The notes beneath the pieces were generated by a model that saw only the letters and a program-made list of their open reading frames with translations, was not told the origin of the DNA and ran no database searches. 6,373 nucleotides of DNA from a virus. Below are positions 1 to 4,994 of this stretch, piece by piece; the stretch's first letter is position 1, and each line of letters begins with the position of its first letter. The DNA is taken from positions 1 through 6,373 of IMG/VR virus record IMGVR_UViG_3300020040_000010; one strand, 5' to 3'. The position numbers were made by a program, and so were the translations under genes.

Positions 1-121
1 CTGAACATCAAGTAATTATGTGTGTTTATCATGCTGTGCCTATGCTGGATTGGAATTTAACAGGTCAGGCTCCTCAATTGACCGTGACTGCTATCTCTGA
101 CTTCCCCCAACCTGCTTTTGA
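1..121. repeat. Terminal redundancy, left copy. It is identical to 6253..6373 and marks a circular genome assembled with overlap (unit length 6252 nt).
   Basis: Base-by-base comparison shows ctgaacatcaagtaattatgtgtg...cccccaacctgcttttga at 1-121 and again at 6253-6373, with no mismatch. Confidence 0.97.
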
Positions 122-497
122 TCAGCTTGGTATGCAGGTTGTTCCTGCTTTGAACCTCCAGAATAATCCCGGCCGTTCTGTCTCTGGTAATCCTTCCCTT
201 GGTTATAATCTCCGCTACTGGCAGTGGAAGTCTAGCATTGATACTGTTCATGCTGGTTTCCGTTCTGGAGCTGCTTATCAGTCTTGGGCTGCTCCTCTTG
301 ACGGTTGGCAGGTTTTGACTTCCGCTGGTGCTTGGTCTTATCAATCTATGAAGGTTCGTCCTCAACAGTTGAATTCTATTTTTGTTCCACAGGTTGATGC
401 TACTAACTGTTCTGTTGCCTTTGATCAGTTATTGTGTAATGTTAATTTCCAAGTGTATGCTGTTCAGAACTTGGATAGAAATGGTTTACCCTATTAA
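1..497 (+). CDS. VP1: Major capsid protein VP1 (F-like), C-terminal part. It continues from 4995..6252 across the circular junction. The first full codon starts at nt 3 and the TAA stop is at 495-497.
   Basis: The frame is continuous with the 4995 ORF (6252 is divisible by 3, so position 1 equals 6253). The supplied ORF 18..497 is only the part downstream of an internal Met. Position 3 is T-rich, like the other genes. Confidence 0.9.
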   Translation, partial: EHQVIMCVYHAVPMLDWNLTGQAPQLTVTAISDFPQPAFDQLGMQVVPALNLQNNPGRSVSGNPSLGYNLRYWQWKSSIDTVHAGFRSGAAYQSWAAPLDGWQVLTSAGAWSYQSMKVRPQQLNSIFVPQVDATNCSVAFDQLLCNVNFQVYAVQNLDRNGLPY

Positions 498-509
498 TTG
501 TGTGTTATT

Positions 510-953
510 ATGAGAAATTTTGCTTATAAAAATCCTGATTATATTAAAAATGAGGTTATTCCCGAATTGGTTGAAGAACATCCGTGTTATCAACAGTCTG
601 TTTATGATTCAGTTATGTACGATGAATCTCCTGATGGTGATTTGATCCAAGTTGATATGACCCAGATTTTATTAAATCAAGAAAAATATCGTCGTTTGCT
701 TGGTGATATGAATGTTCAGAATATTCTTGCCCAGATGCATCCTACTCAATCTACTGCTATGGATGATATGTCTGATGAAGAACGTTTTAATTGTGTTATC
801 TCTCGTCATTGTCAGACTATGTCAGAACGCCAGGCTGTTCTCGAACGATTAGCTAGTGAGAAGTCTGAGCTTTCTAAGTATGCTGAAACTATGTTGGCAG
901 AGCAAAAGTCAGAGCCCGCTTCTGCGTCCGCCCCTGACGCTGTTGCTCAATGA
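510..953 (+). CDS. Hypothetical 147-aa acidic protein, possibly a VP3-like internal scaffolding protein. The track ORF opens at TTG 498 and the first ATG is at 510.
   Basis: The ORF has genome-typical NNT codon bias. It sits between VP1 and VP2, and its size matches the roughly 150-aa VP3 of gokushoviruses. Its TGA stop overlaps the next ATG (ATGA at 950-953). I saw no recognisable catalytic motif, so the product name is positional inference only. Confidence 0.6.
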   Translation: MRNFAYKNPDYIKNEVIPELVEEHPCYQQSVYDSVMYDESPDGDLIQVDMTQILLNQEKYRRLLGDMNVQNILAQMHPTQSTAMDDMSDEERFNCVISRHCQTMSERQAVLERLASEKSELSKYAETMLAEQKSEPASASAPDAVAQ

Positions 954-2065
954 GATTTTATGATATTGGAGAAAGCCCCTTAATGGGGCACTCCGAAAAG
1001 CATATTGCTCCGCTTGTACTTGGTGGTATTATTGCTGCCGGTGCTTCTCTTGCCGGTAATGCTATTGGTGCGTCGTCTCAGAATAAGGCTAATCAGACTA
1101 ACATTGATATTAATCGTGAGAATAATGCGTTTAATGCCCGGCAGGCTCAAATCCAACGTGATTGGCAGGAAAAGATGTGGGGAATGAATAATTCCTATAA
1201 TTCCCCCAACGCAATGATTTCTCGTGGTTTGAATCCATTTGTCCAAGGTTCTGGTGCCATGGCTGGTTCTAAATCTCCCGCCTCTGGTGGCGCTGCTGCT
1301 TCCGCTGCTCCTCCTCCTAGCGTTCAGGCCTTCCGTCCTGATTTTTCTGACGTTGGTTCTGCATTGGCTTCTATGGCGCAGGCTCGTGCTTCTATGATTA
1401 ATGCTGAACAGAATGCTGCTCTTACTCCGTATAAGATTGAACAGATTCGTGGTGCTACTGATTATCGCAATATCGGTGTTGGTGCATCAGGTTACTGGAA
1501 TGCTTCTACTGGTAGACGCTCTGCGTTATTGGATCAGTCTAAGGAGTATCAGGAGCTTAAAAATATGGAATTTGCCGGTCGTCTTACGTCTGCTCAAGAA
1601 TCTCAGATTTTGCTCGATTCTGAAGCTCAACAGGTATTGAATAAATATCTTGATGAACAACAACAGGCTGATTTGTTTATTAAAGGCCAGACTCTGGCTA
1701 ATTTATATGCCCAAGGTGCTCTTTCTGAGGCTCAATATAAAAATCAGATGGCTCAAGCTGTTAAGACTTCCGCTGAAACGAACGGTATTCGTATTAATAA
1801 TAAGATTGCCGAACAGACTGCTGATTCATTGATTTATGCTAATATTCAGGCTAATCGTGCTCGTGGTTTATCTTCTCTATGGGATTCGAAGAATATTAAT
1901 GTTCTTAAGGATATTGAATATTCTAAGGATAAAGCCTTACGTGATTATTATAAATGGTCTGCTAAGGAAAAACAGAAAGATGTTAATTCTTATGAGTTGC
2001 GTAATGCTGTTGATTATGGCTCTCGTATTTTTCAAGGAATTGGTAATTCTGTTGGTCGTAAATAA
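950..2065 (+). CDS. VP2: Minor capsid / DNA pilot protein VP2 (H-like), 371 aa. An alternative in-frame start lies at ATG 983.
   Basis: There is an N-terminal hydrophobic helix (IAPLVLGGIIAAGASLAGNAIGA) and a Gly/Ala/Ser/Pro low-complexity linker (GSGAMAGSKSPASGGAAASAAPPPS). These are followed by a long Q/A/K/E-rich, helix-prone C-terminal half. This architecture and the position after VP1 are typical of microvirus pilot proteins. Confidence 0.75.
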   Translation: MRFYDIGESPLMGHSEKHIAPLVLGGIIAAGASLAGNAIGASSQNKANQTNIDINRENNAFNARQAQIQRDWQEKMWGMNNSYNSPNAMISRGLNPFVQGSGAMAGSKSPASGGAAASAAPPPSVQAFRPDFSDVGSALASMAQARASMINAEQNAALTPYKIEQIRGATDYRNIGVGASGYWNASTGRRSALLDQSKEYQELKNMEFAGRLTSAQESQILLDSEAQQVLNKYLDEQQQADLFIKGQTLANLYAQGALSEAQYKNQMAQAVKTSAETNGIRINNKIAEQTADSLIYANIQANRARGLSSLWDSKNINVLKDIEYSKDKALRDYYKWSAKEKQKDVNSYELRNAVDYGSRIFQGIGNSVGRK

Positions 2066-2077
2066 ATATTCTATTCG

Positions 2078-2111
2078 TTTGTCTTATATATTTACCTATT
2101 ATCTATTTTTG
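2078..2111 (+). promoter_or_regulatory. Candidate Bacteroidetes-type promoter: -33 TTTG at 2078-2081 and -7 TAttTTTG at 2104-2111. It would transcribe into the structured GC-rich core.
   Basis: The -7 box matches the TAnnTTTG consensus exactly. The spacer is 22 nt, slightly longer than I recall as typical. It lies in an AT-rich region where chance matches are plausible. Confidence 0.25.
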
Positions 2112-2183
2112 TTATAAATATTTGATTTTGCGAAATATTTTGACTCTCGGTAGTAAAATAATATTACGTATACATTCTTCAGG

Positions 2184-2460
2184 ACTAGAAGCCCATCACG
2201 GCGTTTGAGTGATATACACCTGCCGCCCGCATAGGGCCTGATCGAAAAACGGAGCGGAGCGACTTCTTTATAGAAGCGTTCCGCTTCGGTATTTTAGCAC
2301 GGAGTGCGCAAAGGCAGGTTCTATCTGACCTGCCGTGCCTATACACCTTTGTTTACATTTACTTGTTAATTAAGCGAAGCCCCTAGTTGTGTGCGAAGCA
2401 AATTCGAGTTATCCTCTCGAATTCTCCTCTTTCTTGTCTATAAACGCACAACTCACACTC
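2184..2460 (+). other. Structured non-coding element in the VP2 to lysis-module intergenic region. It may be a complementary-strand origin, a structured ncRNA or a recombination site.
   Basis: There is no ORF of 60 aa or more on either strand, and no ATG on + between 2191 and 2340. My hand count gives 83/150 G+C for 2191-2340 against 13/60 for 2101-2160. At least six hairpins and five short direct repeats are present (coordinates are in the findings). Confidence 0.55.
2250..2296 (+). terminator. Candidate intrinsic terminator: a 16-bp imperfect hairpin (2250-2288) followed by GTATTTTA.
   Basis: 2250-2261 pairs with 2277-2288 (12 bp, including two G-T pairs), A2262 is bulged, and 2263-2266 pairs with 2273-2276 around the loop TTTATA. 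The downstream T-tract is only 4 T, so this may equally be a purely structural hairpin. Confidence 0.3.
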
Positions 2461-2490
2461 TATGGTAGAATCTAAAAAAAAGAGATTTCT

Positions 2491-2521
2491 TTTGGAATTA
2501 TAAAAATAGTTTGTATATTTG
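2491..2521 (+). promoter_or_regulatory. Candidate Bacteroidetes-type promoter: -33 TTTG at 2491-2494, a 19-nt spacer and -7 TAtaTTTG at 2514-2521. It sits upstream of the 2573 ORF, the lysis module and VP4.
   Basis: Both boxes match the published Bacteroides sigma-AB consensus (TTTG / TAnnTTTG) exactly. The site lies about 50 nt upstream of the first ATG after the long non-coding region. Confidence 0.4.
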
Positions 2522-2572
2522 CCCCCAGTTAGAAGTTACAACTGTTATTAACATTTTAAAATTATTACAATT

Positions 2573-2767
2573 ATGCAGAAATTTATTATTTCAGTTAAAG
2601 AAAAGATTACAGGTCGTGATGTTATTTCGCCTTATGTTGTCAATTCTCTCGATGGTCTTGGACATTATTCTGAACGAGTTTCTCCGTTGGGTCTTGTTGT
2701 TATTGTGGATTCGATTAAGGAAGAAGATAATTTTATTGAACCTAAACCTCAAGGCAATGAAGAGTAA
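2573..2767 (+). CDS. Hypothetical 64-aa acidic protein (orphan).
   Basis: The ATG sits in the shared AATTATG context and position 3 is T-rich. This is the first ORF after the candidate promoter, and it overlaps the next ORF by 11 nt. I recognised no motif. Confidence 0.55.
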   Translation: MQKFIISVKEKITGRDVISPYVVNSLDGLGHYSERVSPLGLVVIVDSIKEEDNFIEPKPQGNEE

Positions 2768-2840
2768 TAATATTTGGAAAATTATAATTGGCGCTGTTTC
2801 TGCCGCTCTTGGTTACATTCTTAATGCTATTGGATTATGA
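2757..2840 (+). CDS. 27-aa single-transmembrane peptide MKSNNIWKIIIGAVSAALGYILNAIGL, a holin-like or lysis-accessory candidate.
   Basis: It has an ATG start, and its TGA stop overlaps the peptidase ATG (ATGA at 2837-2840). It is the only open frame covering 2768-2836. Its codons follow the genome NNT bias. A polar N-terminus is followed by a 19-residue hydrophobic stretch. It forms the tail of the supplied 2511..2840 ORF. Confidence 0.45.
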   Translation: MKSNNIWKIIIGAVSAALGYILNAIGL

Positions 2841-3145
2841 TTTGTATTCTTATTCATTTTTTGGAGTATTTATTGTTTTTTAATGTCCATTTTACGGTAA
2901 CTAGCGCTCGTCGTACCCCGGAACAGAATAAAGCTTGTAATGGTTCTCCTAATTCGCAACATCTTATTGGAGAAGCTATTGACCTAAAGCCTTATGGTTC
3001 TACTACTTATAATCAGTTGCTTGAATTTATCCATAGATATTCGGATAATATTCATGTATTTGATCAGTTGATATTGTATCCTACATTCATTCACATTTCA
3101 TTTGGTGCTCGTAATCGTCGTCAAGTGATTGATAAACGTAAGTAA
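2837..3145 (+). CDS. Zinc peptidase of the M15 family (Peptidase_M15_3 / VanY-like cell-wall peptidase), a putative endolysin of 102 aa.
   Basis: The motif TSARRTPEQNKACNGSPNSQHLIGEAIDL matches the family signature S-x-R-x(3)-N...G-x(3)-S-x-H-x(2)-G-x-A-x-D, with H42 and D49 forming H-x6-D. The third ligand candidate is H86, in YPTFIHISF. Confidence 0.8.
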   Translation: MICILIHFLEYLLFFNVHFTVTSARRTPEQNKACNGSPNSQHLIGEAIDLKPYGSTTYNQLLEFIHRYSDNIHVFDQLILYPTFIHISFGARNRRQVIDKRK

Positions 3146-3160
3146 TTATAAGTAATTATG
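3141..3160 (+). repeat. Tandem 10-mer AGTAATTATA AGTAATTATG. It spans the peptidase stop codon and the VP4 start codon.
   Basis: Read directly from the sequence. The second unit recurs exactly at 11-20 (= 6263-6272), inside VP1. Confidence 0.9.
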
Positions 3161-4978
3161 AAATATTCTCCTGATTTGCTTAGGGCTGTTGATCATTGTC
3201 AGCATCGTTCATTTATTACGAACAGGTACACTGGTGCCCGTATTGCCGTAGATTGTGGTCAATGCGATTATTGTATCCATAAGCGTGCTAAAAAAGCGTC
3301 TATGCGTGTGAAGACCGCAGGAAGTGCTTTTAAGTATTCTTATTTTGTGACTTTAACGTATGATAATGAACATGTACCCCTATTTAATTGTGAGGTTCTA
3401 GATAGTGCTTATGATGATGCCTTAGGTATCTCAGGAGATCTCCATTTTGGTTATGAAGAACATTCGTTTATTCCGGTATCCGAATATAGTTGCTCAGATC
3501 CAAGTCAATTGCGTCATATTTTCTTTACACAAGTACAGGGTACGGTTCCTTATAACCGTACCTCGTCTCAGTATGAAGCGGTTAAAGATAATTGGTTTCT
3601 TAGTATGGATGCTATCCGCTCCTTTATTAATAAGACGCAAACCTCTTCACCTTACGGTAAAGATGGACTCCTCTCTGATCGATACGGTGATAACCTTATC
3701 CCTTTTTTGAATTATGTTGATGTCCAGAATTATATTAAACGTTTACGTAAACATTTGTTTCAAAAATTAGGCTCTTATGAGACGCTACATTTCTACGCTG
3801 TGGGTGAGTACGGACCCGTACATTTCCGCCCGCATTATCATCTCTTATTATTCACAAACTCGGAGAAGGTCTCCGAGGTTTTACGATACTGTCACGATAA
3901 GAGTTGGAAACTCGGTCGTTCAGATTTCCAACGTTCCGCTGGTGGAGCTTCTTCGTACGTTGCGAGTTACGTTAATAGCCTTAGCGCTGCTCCCCTCTTA
4001 TATCGCTCATGCCGCTCATTTAGACCCAAGTCGCGAGCGTCTGTCGGATTCTTTGAAAAAGGCTGCGATTTCGTGGAAGACGAAGACCCTTATGCGCAAA
4101 TTGAGCAAAAAATCGATTCAGTCGTTAACGGAAGAGTCTATAATTTCAATGGCATCAGTGTTCGGTCAACTCCACCCATGTCGTATATCCGTACCTTATT
4201 GCCCCGATTCTCGTCTGCTCGCAATGACGATGTTGCTGCGATTGCTCGAATTCTTCTTGCTGTGCACCGAACGCCGCAGAGAATTGCAAGATTCGGAATT
4301 ATCCGCTACAAAGATTCGGTCTTGAGTCTTGTTCGTGCTTATTATCAATATCTTAAAGTTCAAAGTATCCTTACAGATGATGATAAAATTATATTACATG
4401 CTTCTAGGTGTCTTACTAGGTTCTGCAACAGTTCTAGTGATGTCGATATTGAATCTTATGTTAATAAGTTATATCGGTTGTTCCTATATGTCTCTAAGTT
4501 CTTCCGTAATTGGCATTTACCTTCCTTTGGTTCTGATGTTAGTGCTTACTCCGGTCGTATTATGTTTATTATTAAAACAGGTATAGAATATGAGAAAAAA
4601 TCGGATTATGTACGAATGTGTGATTCGTTGCGAATACAGCAGACTTTGTCAGCCCCCATGTTTCGGTATTTCTATTTACCAGCCGAAGGATGCGAAATGG
4701 CAACCATTGGTATCGGTGAGGATGGAGAATATGCAGACGGATTTATTCGTCCCGTTAAAGAGCAAATACGAGTACCGTTTGATGACCCCAGAATCCCACC
4801 TCTCGCGACTTGTAATTACTTCAAATGGGCTAAACCCGATACAAGAAGTTCCTATGATAGTGGGCAAAGTAGCGACTTACAGAAATGTCTTGATTTCCGT
4901 GCTGCCACCTTCTGCCGTGACATGATTAAGCATAAGAAATTGAATGATTCTAATAATATATTTAACCGTATGGTTTAA
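3158..4978 (+). CDS. VP4: Replication initiation protein VP4 (phiX174 A-like HUH rolling-circle endonuclease), 606 aa.
   Basis: It carries RCR motif I FVTLTY (aa 63-68, nt 3344-3361) and the HUH motif PHYHLLLF (H226-Y227-H228, nt 3833-3841). The two-tyrosine motif is YVASYVN (Y267 and Y271, nt 3956-3970), which compares with YVAKYVNK in phiX174 A. An N-terminal CGQCDYCIHKR Cys cluster is typical of microvirus VP4. Confidence 0.93.
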   Translation: MKYSPDLLRAVDHCQHRSFITNRYTGARIAVDCGQCDYCIHKRAKKASMRVKTAGSAFKYSYFVTLTYDNEHVPLFNCEVLDSAYDDALGISGDLHFGYEEHSFIPVSEYSCSDPSQLRHIFFTQVQGTVPYNRTSSQYEAVKDNWFLSMDAIRSFINKTQTSSPYGKDGLLSDRYGDNLIPFLNYVDVQNYIKRLRKHLFQKLGSYETLHFYAVGEYGPVHFRPHYHLLLFTNSEKVSEVLRYCHDKSWKLGRSDFQRSAGGASSYVASYVNSLSAAPLLYRSCRSFRPKSRASVGFFEKGCDFVEDEDPYAQIEQKIDSVVNGRVYNFNGISVRSTPPMSYIRTLLPRFSSARNDDVAAIARILLAVHRTPQRIARFGIIRYKDSVLSLVRAYYQYLKVQSILTDDDKIILHASRCLTRFCNSSSDVDIESYVNKLYRLFLYVSKFFRNWHLPSFGSDVSAYSGRIMFIIKTGIEYEKKSDYVRMCDSLRIQQTLSAPMFRYFYLPAEGCEMATIGIGEDGEYADGFIRPVKEQIRVPFDDPRIPPLATCNYFKWAKPDTRSSYDSGQSSDLQKCLDFRAATFCRDMIKHKKLNDSNNIFNRMV

Positions 4979-4994
4979 CTTTAATTAATTAATT

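Noticed and set aside
57-365. Minus-strand ORFs (57..365, 980..1246, 4676..4867, 5574..5840, 6051..6284).
   Set aside because: Each is antisense to a strongly supported + strand gene and has arbitrary composition. Microviridae transcribe one strand only.
975-989. A 5-bp GC hairpin, GCCCC-ttaat-GGGGC, overlapping the alternative VP2 start at ATG 983.
   Set aside because: The stem is short and lies within coding sequence, with no supporting context. It could modulate start choice, but it cannot be distinguished from chance.
1005-2117. A chain of +1-frame ORFs inside VP2 (1005..1187, 1401..1640, 1650..1832, 1836..2117) that encode Leu/Ile/Val/Arg-rich proteins.
   Set aside because: All lie in the frame shifted by +1 from the real gene. 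Real codons are mostly NNT, so the shifted frame reads NTN codons. These give hydrophobic residues and rarely stops. This is a codon-bias artefact rather than evidence of overlapping genes.
2238-2247. CTGATCGAAA, which superficially resembles the hammerhead ribozyme core (CUGAUGA...GAAA).
   Set aside because: The core is not intact (CUGAUCGA, not CUGAUGA). The required three-helix junction cannot be drawn around it.
2405-2419. CGAG-TTATCCT-CTCG, a hairpin with a 7-nt loop that resembles a tRNA T-arm and could be a tRNA-derived attP.
   Set aside because: The loop does not fit the TTCRANY T-loop consensus. No acceptor, anticodon or D arm can be assembled nearby.
2462-2503. A 13-aa basic mini-ORF, MVESKKKRFLLEL, in the intergenic region. 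It could be a J-like DNA-binding peptide.
   Set aside because: It is far shorter than known J/VP8-type proteins. It lies upstream of the best promoter candidate, and its A8 run looks like simple AT-rich spacer sequence.
2511-2756. The upstream part of the supplied 109-aa ORF 2511..2840, which has a TTG start.
   Set aside because: This part is the +1 frame of the better-supported 2573..2767 ORF, with the same Leu-rich artefact composition. Only the last 27 codons, from ATG 2757 and beyond the end of the overlapping gene, look like real coding sequence.
3447-4925. +1-frame ORFs inside VP4 (3447..3710, 3777..4325 at 182 aa, 4329..4586, 4590..4925). Microviruses are known for overlapping genes, and the 4329 ORF looks membrane-like, as phiX174 E does.
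   Set aside because: The same frame relationship and the same compositional explanation apply as in VP2. The frame is open almost continuously across every gene, which argues for bias rather than selection. These ORFs would only be revisited if relatives showed suppressed synonymous variation in VP4 over these spans.
4979-4994. The TTAA-repeat spacer (ctTTAATTAATTAATT) between VP4 and VP1.
   Set aside because: It is simply a short AT-rich intergenic spacer that provides stop codons in more than one frame and the AATTATG start context. It is too short to call a repeat element.
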